From contig NC_043015.1 of assembly GCF_006345805.1 (NCBI RefSeq), positions 4,216,001-4,280,000 of the forward strand: 64,000 nt of DNA, given 5' to 3'. How positions within the stretch are numbered: the stretch's first letter is position 1; every line of letters starts with the position of its first letter. Under the pieces are notes generated by a model that was given only the letters and a program-made list of their open reading frames with translations, did not search any database and was not told where the DNA came from. Shown here one piece after another: positions 1-12,713 of the stretch. Source of the DNA: Octopus sinensis (Eukaryota). The position numbers and the translations under genes were made by a program.

Positions 1-176
1 ATACAGAGTGGCATTTCATCTGTCTTTACGTTTTGTGTTCAAATCCTGTCGACGTTGGTTTGGCTTTTCATCATTTCCGTGTCAATAATATATGTACCAG
101 TTGAGTACTGGGATTGGTATAATCGCCTGGCACCCTTCCACTAAAATGCTGGCTGCGTGCATAAAATTAAAACCAA
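1..176 (+). mobile_element. SINE family A, diverged copy truncated by the window start
   Basis: Aligns by eye with the 4562 and 10634 copies: TTACGTT..GTTCAAAT, CTTTTCATC, GTACCAGTTGAGTACTGGG. Confidence 0.7.
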
Positions 177-1155
177 TACCTATTCCCGATCATCAAGCTG
201 AAATTAGGCCACATCAACTTTGCCATTTATTGCTTATAACCGACCTAGTTATGTATTGGATATATTTATGTATATATGGTCCCCTCTACAAGATTTTTGC
301 CGTACTTCTTATGTATGGAATTGAATTTATACGTCTTAATTACCGATGCATATACAAAATATACGTTTGTCAGATAAAATTTTCTACGATATTTTTTCCT
401 GTTTTTAAATTCAATTATGGCCAGCGAAAATTATTGTATTCATGAAACTAGGAAAAAATTCAATACCTGTCTACTGAGCACCAGTTCATTGTTCAGTCAA
501 ATATTCAGGTCATTTTCACAACTAAATACTAAATACTTGGACGTGTGGCAGAAAACGATCATTAGAGATGGATGAACATTTCCAGAAATTGATTTGTCTT
601 TGCGTTGTAAAGAAGACATGAGATTTATTGCACAAGCGATCTTAAAATTTTCAGTTTCTTCCGATGTTCAAATGTAATGTCTTCGTATATATCTCCGATC
701 TGTTATATGTGATGAAGAATTAATTGTCCTGCATCTTAGCTACGGAAGTAATTTTATATGTTTTGGGGGTTTTTGTCTGAATTCTAGATGAAATACGTTT
801 TGCCTTGATCAATGTCACTCCTTATTTTGATATAACTGCACATGGCATTTATGCACCGAAGCTTTTTAATTACATTTTTTCATTGTACTGTTCTGGCGTT
901 TACTGTTATGTCGTCTAATCCAGCAATAAATATTTCTCGTTTTGTAGTTTCCTACAGTCAGTACGGCACGAAGACGAAATTAACGACGTGTACAGCCCAC
1001 TAACAGATAGCACCATGTGATAGTCACTGTACGTGTACATCTGCGCGACTGAGCTTGTGTGCGTGTGAATGAATATGTATGTACGTATGCGCATTTTATA
1101 TCGGGGTGGGGTGGTTTTTCACAATAATAATCGCGTGCGCTTGTTCTAGTTCACT

Positions 1156-1238
1156 TCATTTTGTTATTGCTGTTGTTAGTATTGTTGTACTTGTTGCTAT
1201 TGTTCTTATCCTCCTCCTCCTCCTCCTCCTCCTCTTCC

Positions 1239-1276
<38 letters not shown>

Positions 1277-1411
1277 TTCTTCATCATCATCATCATCATC
1301 ATCATCTTCATCCTCATCATCATCATTATTATTATTGTTATTAATGTTGTTGTTATTATTTCCATTATGATTAATATTATTAATATTATCATTATCATTT
1401 TTCTTCTTCTT

Positions 1412-1485
<74 letters not shown>

Positions 1486-1497
1486 TCTTATTATCAT
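1156..1497. repeat. Compound trinucleotide microsatellite (TGT/CCT/CAT/TAT/CTT/TAT blocks)
   Basis: Directly visible; source of the poly-I/L/S/R/M ORFs. Confidence 0.95.
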
Positions 1498-2200
1498 ATG
1501 AAAGATCACAGCTTATTTTTGTGGGTATGATGGGATGTGTCAGCTCTCCATAGATTATACTTGTTTACTGATGAGTCTTCAAGAACCATGCTAAGAATGC
1601 TTGCAATTCCAAGTAATGCTGACTTTTGAAGAGTTCTCCCTTTACACTTGCACCGATCATTTTCAGGCATGTTACTAGTTGATTGCTGATACTTCCAAGT
1701 GCATCAATTACTAGTGGTATCTTGTTTTCTCTCTTCATTGACCACAAAATTTATATTTCCCACATATAGTTGTCATAGTTGTGTATGTTTTCTTCTTTGA
1801 AAATGATTCCGTTGTCACTAGGCTGTGTTCCTCTGCTTCGATACAGTCCTGGCAACTGATAAAACCTGTCCCACCTTTTCTTCTGGACAAGTACCGCCTA
1901 TCGGTGAAATACTCCGTGTACTGTTAACATTTTTCTTGTTTTGATGTTAATTTTCTTAATATCTCTCCTTTGCTATTTTATAATTCCCGATCCATATCGA
2001 AGTGATGTCATCGCCCACGTATTAAGTGTTTGGAATTTATTCCGTCCAGTAAATTTTGAGCGCAACAGCAGCTCAATCTTCGGAAATACTCCAACCAAAG
2101 ATGTTCTTCCATTTCTTTTTCCATTATCTCGTTGAGCTCTAGCACACTAAGATATTTCTACCCTTCCTTTTCAATTTTCTTGATTAAGACTGTATTCGTT
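1495..2200 (-). mobile_element. R4/Dong-clade non-LTR retrotransposon, decayed 3' part (RT thumb + restriction-like endonuclease C-terminus) with (TAA)n tail
   Basis: Minus-strand peptides KYLSVLE, EYFRRL..SKFTGRNKFQTLNTWA..LRYGSG, KTRKMLTVHG, RYLSRRKGGTGFIS, WSMK..IPLVIDALG. Frameshifts and stops present. Confidence 0.8.
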
Positions 2201-2520
2201 ATTTCTGTCCCTTCTAGGGATTGTAACTTGCCTCAAAATCGTGCGAGGAAGAGACAGAGAGGAAACGAAGTCAGCAAAAGATAGAACAAGTGTACCAGGA
2301 CCACAGTGAAGTTTATTTTGAAAATAAGAGAGATAGAGATCAACAGAATCGAGAAGACATGAGTCAAGGGTAGAAGCAGCTGTAGATAGTAAATATGAGA
2401 AACAAAGCTGGATCTCTCTCGGCTTACCAGCAACATGCATCACACACACACGCACACACATACACACACACACACATATGCATGTATGTATATATGTATA
2501 TATTTATGTGTGTGCGTATC

Positions 2521-2725
2521 TGTCTGTGTTTGTCTCCACAACAACTATTGCTTGACAACCTATGTTGGTGTGTTGGCGTCCCTGTAACTTAGCTGTTCAG
2601 TAGAAGAGACAGAGAGAATAAGCACAAAGCTTACAGGAAATAAGTCCAGGGTCAATTTCTTCGACTAAAGATTGATGTTCCAGCATGGCCAGCATAAAAT
2701 GACTGTAACGAGTAAAAGAGTACGA
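2521..2725 (+). mobile_element. SINE family B, 3' half
   Basis: Matches 19685-19890: GCTTGACAACC..TGTAACTTAG..GAATAAG..CGACTAAAG..CCAGCATGGCC. Confidence 0.75.
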
Positions 2726-3022
2726 GAATAACATTCCGACCTACTATACCAAGAGTGTTCTCTGATTATGGACATTCTAAAATAAATATAAATAGTAATT
2801 CTGTTTATTGTTGCGCAAGTGAGGTTGCATTATATTTTTATCTGATTTACATTGCTTTCTATATTCTGTAACTGTCGCAATATATTTTACTACTATATGC
2901 ACAAGTCCTGAATTTTTAGTGGAGAGAGGGCAAATCGATTAGATCGATCCCAGTACGCAACTGGTACTTAATTTATGGACCACGCATAAAACATAACACT
3001 ACAACCTTCGGAGCCGGGGTAT

Positions 3023-3093
3023 TCTTCTTCTTCTTCTCCTCCTCCTACTTCTTCTCTTCTACTTCTACCTCTTCTTCTTCTTCTTCTTCTTCT

Positions 3094-3124
<31 letters not shown>

Positions 3125-3136
3125 TTATTATTATTA

Positions 3137-3186
<50 letters not shown>

Positions 3187-3213
3187 TATTATTATCATCA
3201 TCATTATTATTAT
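3023..3213. repeat. (CTT)n/(TAT)n microsatellite
   Basis: Direct. Confidence 0.95.
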
Positions 3214-3835
3214 AGGTGGATTACGTCGGACCTACTTTTGAACGCTCTATATAAGTCCTCAGCATATTCATTGTTTACACCCGTTTTGTGCTGTTCTTGT
3301 GTTGGATATCTTGTCCAGTTTGTTACAAAACACACCAGAGACCTCTTACTGGGTTACCTGTGGTTGTTTGGCCCCGTAAGTGGTAAATAATCGTCCCTCC
3401 GGTAAATTGCTTGCCTTGACGGCGACGTCCACCTTGAAGCAGTTGAAAGAAAAATCGTTTCCTTCGCGAGACTTCTTTCTGTTGAAGACTTCCCTATCGT
3501 TCCTTCTCACACACACACAAAATTCAGGTGAAGGAGAAGTGACAAAAGAGATAGGAACGCACAAAGATCCACCCTGTCAAGAGAAGCAAGGTGTTGGTTG
3601 TAGTAAGAGTGATTGCGAAAACAATAGCAGCAGTGGCAACACCGACAGAAGAAGCGACAGCAGCAGCAGCAGCAGTAGTAGTAGTCGATGTGGCGACAGC
3701 ATGGACATTGAAAGCGTGAAGCATAGCAGCAGAGGCAGCGACAGCTATAGAAGTAACGATAGCATTGCCAGCAACTCAAAGCTATAGCGGCAAGAGCTAC
3801 GATGCTAGTGGAAGCGAAGTGGTTATAGGAAAATT

Positions 3836-4000
<165 letters not shown>

Positions 4001-4561
4001 CGAAAGCGGCTCAAACTCTATCATCAGCAACAATACTAATGCTTCTTCTGCTGCCACCGCTGCCTCATAAGAGCACACTGTCTTCTCCCTAGAGGACAAA
4101 GCCTCTAAATTGACGAACGCAGCTGAATTAAGAAAAAAAATATTGAGAGAAGGGCAGAGCTGTCTCTATCAGCTGAATCGTTAGAAGATACAGCCAGAAA
4201 AATAGTGGCATAACGCTGTATTAGCCTTAAATTCACATGGCTTCAAACGGCAACAAGCACCTAAATAGAAAGGGCCCCTACATGATCCATAGCAGGATAT
4301 TGTTCATATATTGAGCCGAAAGCAGTTCGGTGCGCTTGAAATGTTATTTAAAACGGTGGCCGTCTGTTGCAGCGAGGAATTTGTGCTCTTCCCTACACAT
4401 ATGGGAAGAACTGCGATAAAGATTACCATGAAGGGGCTGAAACTAGACCTGGATTTGTGGTGGGTACTTGATTGTGTGGTAATCAATGAAAGGGACAATC
4501 TCCTGGGTGTCTAGAGGTCAAGAAGGGGCGGACTAATCTGACACTGATAAATACACGTAAA

Positions 4562-4799
4562 GGCGACGAGCTGGCAGAAACGTTAGCACGCCGGGCGAAG
4601 TGCTAAGCGGTATTTCGTCTGTCGTTACGTTCTGAGTTCAAATTCCGCCAATGTTGACTTTGCCTTTCATCTTTTCGATGTCGATAAATTAAGTACCAAT
4701 TACGCCCTGGAGTCGATGTAATCGACTTAATCCGCGTGTCTGTCCTTGTTTGTCCCCTCTATGTTTAGCCCCTTGTGGGTAATAAATAAATAAATAAAA
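4562..4799 (+). mobile_element. SINE family A (tRNA-derived head, Meta-like central domain), full length
   Basis: B-box GTTCAAATTCC; GCCTTTCATC..GTCGATAAATTAAGTACC; (TAAA)n tail; imperfect TSD TGATAAATACAC/TGATACATACAC. Confidence 0.85.
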
Positions 4800-5194
4800 T
4801 GATACATACACATCTTGCAGGGAAGAGGAAGAAGAACTGCAAAATCCTAAAACATCAAAATCATGATGCTTGACACGGAATTACACATTGAAAAACGCAG
4901 AAAAAGCGTGCGTTGTAAACACAGTGTAACAGCCAACAACCCCTCCAGCTCCAAAATCGCTAAAAAGTGAAAAGTTATCACCCGCAGCACAACCAACACA
5001 GTCACAATCTAACCTGTCACCGCCCCCAATTATTTTCAGATGAACTCATAAATTCACAGATTCAATATTTCCTGTTATCGATGGGGACAAATAAAGATGC
5101 CGTGACACTCATAGCTCGAAATAAAGTGATTGAAGAAGGGGGGAAAATTTATGACACCGACATTCTTAAAGTTCCAGAAGGGCTGCTGCTTTTG

Positions 5195-5860
5195 CGTATC
5201 ATCAACATCATTGATCGACCTTGGTCGAGACAATGGAATTTACCATGCAACGCCAGACTTCACGGTCCATCATGGCATTACGGAGGTCCTGTTGCTGGAT
5301 GCCTGTAACCCTGTAGATTACATCAGGGTAGGAGAGTGTGCGCCCTCTGGTATTACGAGTAGATGGCTTCCAGAGGAGAAGAGTAGAAATTGCCTCGTTT
5401 TCAGCTCTACAACAATGTCCAGCAAACTGGACTCTCCTACCTTTCACAAGCAATGGCACAGGTGGTAGTTTCCCATATATTTGCATTTTGGTTGGATGAC
5501 GCTTCCACGAGATATTTTGAGCTCTCATTAGTAGGCGACTGTAGGTTCCGTCCAACGGCCTCTCAAGCTTCTTTGATAACGTCCAGGTTTCTGAGCCATA
5601 TAGTAGAATTGGTTCGACTGTGGATTTGAAGATTTCAACTTTGAAGTCTCTACTTAGATTTGATGACCAGATCTTATGCATGTCATTACAGGCTGACCAG
5701 GCCATACCCTTTCTAGTTAGAACATCTTTTCCAGATGATGATATGTATGACCCAAGATATTTGTAATCAGAAACCATATTTAAGGGCGCATTGTTGAGAG
5801 TATGGATGATGCAATCACTGTTGGACAGGCACTTGTTTATATATTCAGTCTTCTGAATGA
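5195..5860 (-). mobile_element. RTE-type LINE, 5'-truncated RT C-terminus
   Basis: ORF 5208-5777: YKYLGS, PILLYGSETWTL, QFAGHCCR, MMDREVWR; (TGA)n-like tail. Confidence 0.9.
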
Positions 5861-8139
5861 TATTCTCGCATGAAGTAGAACCATCAACATAACGGCCGCC
5901 ATTAAATTTTTGAAGGGGTTTCCCGAGAAACTCTAACTAGATCTGCAAGCCAGTTCATATGGCTGCCAAAGACGCCGGAAGGGTACAGCCGCTCTTTCTC
6001 TTTCTCACAACTCTTTTCGTTCGGCATGTTGATAATTAAAGTGGACTGTGTAAATAATCTTAGTCTGGTGTCACACTGGAAGCAAAGGTGCCACCTTAAC
6101 TACCTTACGTCACTAGCCATGGGCTTGACGGCTCTCAGTGAAATCAGCATTTCCGAAACACGTAGTCTAGCCTCCATTTCTGACGATTTTGAGATCCACA
6201 GATCTCTCAATTGCCTTGGAGCGGAATGCGTGGTGGCACTGTTGATTAGGAAAAGACAGGATATTGACGTTTGGACGATCTTCCTGAGTCCAGAGGGTAA
6301 TTTCGTAGTTCTGGATGTGAGCAATAACGAATGTGGTGCTATAATGCAAATTGCTATGTACGTTCTGACTAGAGCAGAGCAGGCATATTCTTCAGACAGC
6401 TGTAGGCTTTTTTTGGGGCGTCACAAACTGTGGTTCTAGTGTGTAGATTCGAACGCCAGTTTGCATGCACGCCTGGATAGGGTGGGACTAACCGATAGAG
6501 TTAGGGGATACAAAAGTCTCACATACTTGTTCAACAACTTTCAATAGGCTTCAGATACTGACTAGATTTCCCGAGTTCGCCAATGTGAACATGAGCAAAT
6601 AGTATCGTGTTTTCCATACCGTTCATAGACAGGATATTCTGTAGGCCATTAGATAGTGGTCGGTTACACAGACCACACATTTCTGATCTATTGGTAATAC
6701 CCCGGGTACTGGAAGCTCAGTGCGTCTGGTTTGTCAACCATTCTGAGACCGAATGGTAGCAAGGTAGTCCATCGGAAGTAATCTGGTGCAAGCGTCAACA
6801 ACGTCGGTGGATATCCCTGGGAAGGATCATCAGAGTAGAGAAATAGATTTAGAAGAATCTAAGATAACGGATGAGCTGGCTTGCAAGTAAGAAGAGGGAC
6901 TTTGGAGAGACATAGCAACTGACATGCTGATGACGATATTGGCTCTTGGTCAATTCCTCAATGCTAAGTTCGAAAGTTGCATTGTCATCGCTAGGGTGCG
7001 TGCGCTAAGATGTGAGGGGATGAAAGCCGTTCTAGAGGCCACCGTGAGAAAAGTGTAACATGGCAACACAGGCACAATCAGGTCTTTTACGGGTCAGGGC
7101 AGGTGCATGCTATACGAATCGAAGGCAATGTGAACGGAATTTTAGCGCCACTTCAGCAAAATATTCAGAGCGTGGTCTCTTGGGTATGGAGTTGGATTTC
7201 GCCTCCTTCCTCGACTGTATGCAGCGCCTTTTGACCTGGGAAGTTAACTGCTATGGTCTATGGTCAGTATTTGTATACACGACATTGTTCCAGACCATAC
7301 TGGTCCCTTGTGTTTTATTGTCCATAATTGATGTGTCTATTCGACATGGAAGAAGCAGTTTATATTTTTTCAGGTCGTGTAACAATCCGCTCAAATGGTT
7401 CATAAATAAAGGTTGTATAAATATGAGGAAAGAAACACCCAATTTTCCAGAGGTATATTATTCAAGCTACAAATAATTCATCTCATAGAATAGCTATGAT
7501 GTTCCCCAACTACTCCTGCTCTTGATCAGAGAATTACATATACTCATCCACTAAAGAACACAGTTAAGGTCAAGGAACTGAGAAGCAAGTATGTCGTATT
7601 AAATAGAATATTTGCTATAGCCCATCTTTATATATCAAGACAAAACTTGTACATGATAAAACATCCAATGAGTAAATATCAGAAGCCATAAAATCAACTT
7701 CCTATTATTTCAGCAGGGTATTTATTATCATTATTGTTATTATTTGATATGTCCTACTTTATGACGACGTATTTCGTCGTCTGCATTACTGGCCCGAACA
7801 GCTTAGCCCGCCGACTTTTATACTTTATTTGGCTCCTAGGCCATAACATAGACAGAACACCTCAGTGGGGACGAAAGCATAAAACGAGTGAAAAATGAAA
7901 GATGTATAAAAATAATACAATTAATGATGAAGAAATGGCTGCATTGCTCAATCAGTACCATTTAAAGTTCAATTATACAAATTAACAAATCTTGCTTAAA
8001 TTCTCTTTTTTTTTCTTTTAGCATCACACATTTTGAAAGTCTATTTTTCTCAATTTTTTTTTTTTTTTAGAAAATTTCATTTAATTTACTCTTTTTAACT
8101 GTTCATTAAGGGTTTCAAATCTTCATACCCCACGACCAA

Positions 8140-9450
8140 TTATAATTCGTCGAATTCAATTTCAACCCCTAAGAGGTTTATACTACATCCGAACAGTTCT
8201 CTCAGTTTCTCGTATCTCTCCTTATTAATGATTATCCCCTTGTGTTCTGTATATTCGTCTGGTGACAACCTTACACTTATCGATTTTAACTTCGTGATCT
8301 TCCGCTCCATTGCCGTATTTTTGGCGTATGTATACATATGACTTATATTTCTTTTTAACATCCGTTTGCTTCATCGACGGATCTGAGCTGTTCGAGCGAG
8401 TGTTACCACTTGGCTACTTTCTTGGTACACTAAAATAAACCTCAATGTCTAAGCATTCCACATCGTGTTGCGATGATGTTTCTGCTGGTATCTCGAACCT
8501 GTTCATTTTCTCCTCCATATCAATCTCCATCCTTTCCTGGCTCTCTGGTGGAGATTCACCCGCTCTTTCCTCTTCGTCCTGTTAACGACAGTAAATGATT
8601 CCTCCACTCTATATTTCTCTCTTTCCGGTACAACCACTTCGGTACTCTATTCTTCACATGTCTGCTCCTCCTCTTAGTTTTCTTTCTGGGGAAATTTTGC
8701 TTTCACGTTCCCCTTTTGACAACATATGAAACATGTTGGTGGACTTCCTTCCACTACTACTTTTAGTCTGACGCCTTCTTGGAAGATGATCTTCTCTGTC
8801 ATCTCATACATTTCTTTAGGCTCACTTGTATGGCCATCTCAATACCATACCCCCAGCAATTAATCTTTTTGGTTCTCATAATCTTCTCATAATCTTCAAG
8901 ATTTTCACTTCATCCTCCATTCTGTGCATGACTGCTGTCACCAGCCATGCTTCCTTAATCATGGGGTGTGGGGTACTCTGCCAATTCTTACTTTGGTGAC
9001 GCGTTTGCCATAGTAAGTTCAATGAAGTACTTATCAGCACAGTGGAGTGGTTTATTGCGTCTGCATCGTTGCTAAAACTTAATACCACTGTACCGTACTT
9101 CCTTCCACGCGTATAAAATGTGTTAATCCTCTAAGGTTCTCGAGGCACTCCTCTATTCTCTCTATTGGGCAACCACTATCATTTTAGAGGAAGTGGATAG
9201 CGTTCTGAACACCACTGTCTTCTTCGCTACACTGTCGGTAAATTCTTCCGGTAGAATCAGCCTCAAACTGGCTCATTCCCTTTCTATAAATTTACTGCCC
9301 ACTCTCCACTTTCTGGGCTGTATCTTAATTTCACGTACTTCATAGGCGTTGGTAGATACTGCTTCAACGTGGCTTATGAGTAACTTCCAGCTGGGTCACG
9401 TTCCATCTATCTTCTCTTTCCCCACTTTACCCATAGGTGGGAAGAAAAAA
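8140..9450 (-). mobile_element. L1/Tx1-like ORF1 (gag-like, CCHC knuckle) relic
   Basis: VVEGSPPTCFICCQKGNVKAKFP at ~8700-8760 (degenerate CX2CX4HX4C); RGRKYGTVVLSF; IKEAWLVTAV. Confidence 0.6.
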
Positions 9451-9933
9451 AATTAATAACGGGTGAAAACATTAACAGTAATTCAAATTTCAACATATTT
9501 AACAGATCCTTGGGAGAACTTCAACATGTATAACAAACAACAACTTACTTCCGAATCACAAGTGATTTAACCAAAAATACTACCAAAGCAAATAAAATAA
9601 ATAGCTCGCCAACTGACATTACTTACCGAGTCTGTCCACTATTTATTAGTAGTTGACCAGTCCACTTCTCATCTGAGGGCTTCCGCCACAACACCTATTC
9701 CCTTTGAAGTATTCTTCTCTTCCTTCAACACAACATTATATTTTTTCATTTCTTTTCCACACAGTATTACATATATTTTTTTCCTCTTTCAGCACCACTT
9801 TATTATTATTATTTTCATTTCTTTTACTCCTAACCAGAACCATTTCTGGACCAAAGTTCTTTTTCCAAGGTCTGGGGTCTCTCACCACTAAGCCATATAC
9901 CATCACCTAATCACCCAAACCTCTCTTGTTGCT

Positions 9934-9954
9934 TAACAACAACAGCAGCAGCAA

Positions 9955-9987
<33 letters not shown>

Positions 9988-10106
9988 GAGTAGTAGTAGT
10001 AGTAGGAGGAGGAGTACCAGCAGCAGCAGTTGTAGTGGCAGTAGTAGTAGTAGTAGTAGTGGATGTGGTAGTAGTAGTAGTAGTAGTAGTAGTAGTGTTA
10101 GTAGTA
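9934..10106. repeat. (AGT)n-rich microsatellite
   Basis: Direct. Confidence 0.95.
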
Positions 10107-10633
10107 TCATATGCCGCTTCATTTGGTTACGAACGTTTGCCAAACAACAAAAAAAGCAATTCATCCGTATACAGTAAGTTCCCCATCCATGTTAACTTTT
10201 CAAACACGACGCAAAATGCTTAGATAATGAGTTGTGTTGCGGATTTTGTTTTTGCCTTTTTAGATTCAAATATTTCATGATGTGCAATTAAAGTGGACAT
10301 TTCCAGTATAATCATAGGATTTCTCTGTCATGAATTAATATGAATGATATTATTGAATTAGAAACATATATATTACTCGAAATCAAATTAATTACACTAG
10401 GATAATGATATTGTCGAGGTTATACGAGATTATAGTAAATTTCAGTTAAATAGGAAAACAATTTATGAAATTATTCGTTTAATACGGCAACATTCTGTGA
10501 ATTAATTCATATTCGTTTCTTCATCATACATTAATCTTTTACATTACAGAAATAAAAATTATGATATTCCGTCTATATGATTGTACGTGGATTCGTATAC
10601 GCATACATGTATATAATATGTATACATTCAAAA

Positions 10634-10846
10634 GGCGTCGAGCTGGCTGAACCGTTAGTACCCCAGGCAAAAGACTGGGCGGCATTCCTTCGGTCTCTAT
10701 GTTATGAATTCATATTTCGATGAGATTAGCTTTACCATCCGTTCTGTTGGGGGTCGATAAAATAAGTGCCAGTTGAGCACTGGGTACGATTTGACGGACT
10801 TGCCGTTCACTATAACTGCTGGCCTTGTACAGAGAATTTGAACCCG
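10634..10846 (+). mobile_element. SINE family A, diverged
   Basis: GGCGTCGAGCTGGC head; GGGGTCGATAAAATAAGTGCCAGTTGAGCACTGGG. Confidence 0.8.
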
Positions 10847-10925
<79 letters not shown>

Positions 10926-10987
10926 TCTCGGGGTTAACCACGGTAAATAAGGTACTCAATACATAGCAGAGTAAATTAATTCATTTG

Positions 10988-11100
10988 ATAGAAGGAGTTT
11001 CTACAGGACTAGAACTGTTTCATTCAAATGAAATCATCAGGAAGCTTCTGATGATTTCATTTGAATGAAACAGTTCTAGTCCTGTAGAAGCTCCTTCTAT
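10988..11100. ncRNA. Fold-back pair of type-I hammerhead ribozymes (one per strand) in a PLE pseudo-LTR remnant (element 10924-11108)
   Basis: Two 53-bp arms with 1 mismatch. Each reads CTGATGA-tttcatttgaat-GAAA-CAG ttctagtc CTG-TA-gaa(g/a)ct. Confidence 0.75.
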
Positions 11101-11115
11101 AAAATAATATATATA

Positions 11116-11159
<44 letters not shown>

Positions 11160-11319
11160 AGGTTTGGAGATGATGTACATGCATTTTATATTAGAAAAAA
11201 TGAGGTACTCAGAAATTTAGATCGTTTTATATTTACAGATATACATCATATAACTTAGGTCATATATTAGCGCTTTCTCTCATTCTAGTGGGGTTTTCAA
11301 ACCGAACAAGGTATGTATG

Positions 11320-11378
<59 letters not shown>

Positions 11379-12488
11379 ATATATATAATGTTAAAGAGGA
11401 CAACAAATACTAACGCAATACGAACTTCTCAACTCATATATGGTATTATTAAAAAAATATTGTCTTACACCTGTTTGTGGGATGACCCGAAATATATGAT
11501 ACTCCTTCATCGGAGAAAAATAGAGAAAATGTGACGGGCATTAGATGAAGGAAACGATAAAATAAAAGACTGGAGAAAAGGAATGAAGAAAAAAAAAGAA
11601 ACAAGAAGCATAAAAGTTCAAAGTTCAACTCTCCAAGTGTGCAGCTTTTAGTCCATAAGCCTTTAGGTGCAATCCAATGTGTATCCATTTACGGTTACAG
11701 CATTCATACTGTAAATGTTCAGGGATAAACGCGAACATATCCATGGTTCATAAGAGAATAAAAGAAAGACTGTGTCAAAAATACTGAATTCTGATTATAT
11801 TTTTAAAAACGTGCGTGCATACACACATTCACACATGCCTACGCACACGTGCACAGACTCACGCATAGATTCAAACACACACACACGTAACCCGTTCCTG
11901 CAGTGAAAGTCGAATACTTCAGTACAGACCATAATTATGAAAGGCACCTCTACCTCGATACCCTATATTCGTAGGCACATAGATATGACAAAATAATACA
12001 GACCGTATGTTTGAAATAAAGGTTTAAAAAATAATCTCATCATGTTATCTTTTTATTGCATTCCGGTTTTTGGTTAGTAAACCCCGATAGGATTATAGGA
12101 ATTTTTTCAGAAAAAATGTTTACTATTGCTAGAAATGCTATGCATTTGACTGTGTTAGATAGATGCATTTGATGATATACATATTCACGTGTTGATGAAA
12201 CGTGTCAAAACAACTTAAAATCTTAAACGGAAAGCAACTGCTCATTATTTGACATCGCACAAAATAGTGTGACTTTAACTATAACAATATGTGTTAGCAG
12301 TTCGAATGTTCGATGGGGAAATATTAGGGATGTATAATATATTATTTTATCATGCTTCATTAGTGAAAAAAATTGTCCAAGGTGTACCATACTTCATTTG
12401 TAAACTGCAACTCCATTAACAATATACAATTGCACATTTCGGACAGTCCTTCTAAATATATTACCGAATGATTTGTATTTTCTGTCAG

Positions 12489-12713
12489 GCTACAAAAACA
12501 CATTTAATTTCAATTGACCTCAAAAATGATTTACTTTCAACAAAAGAACTTTATGTAGAGAGCAAACAACGTCTAAACTGTCAGAAAATGCCGCTGAATT
12601 TTCTTCAAAGCAGTTGTGGAACGGATAGTCATAACAAGGATTTTACCACACATTCGCTTAACGGAACTGGAATAACAAAAAATATGCTACATGTGCAATT
12701 ATGTACAATGTAG
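12489..12713 (+). CDS. Possible terminal coding exon, unknown protein
   Basis: Acceptor TTTTCTGTCAG|; 74 open codons of non-repetitive sequence; AATAAA at 12772. No recognisable homology. Confidence 0.2.
   Translation, partial: ATKTHLISIDLKNDLLSTKELYVESKQRLNCQKMPLNFLQSSCGTDSHNKDFTTHSLNGTGITKNMLHVQLCTM

Larger units (their letters stand above)
4070..7250 (+). mobile_element. Decayed L1/Tx1-like LINE (ORF1 remnant ~4300-5190; APE endonuclease ~6030-6800), interrupted by a SINE and an RTE
   Basis: ORF1-like RKQFGALEMLF..LFPTHMGR..WV resembles the ORF1 at 8900-9130. APE-like VVALLIRK..PEGNFVVLDV..AMYV. PGYWKLS motif at ~6700. Confidence 0.65.

Noticed and set aside
10847-11400. Unique spacers between (TA)n blocks resembling a CRISPR-like array
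   Set aside because: The repeats are simple microsatellites of variable length, the spacers are retroelement remnants, the context is eukaryotic and there are no cas genes.
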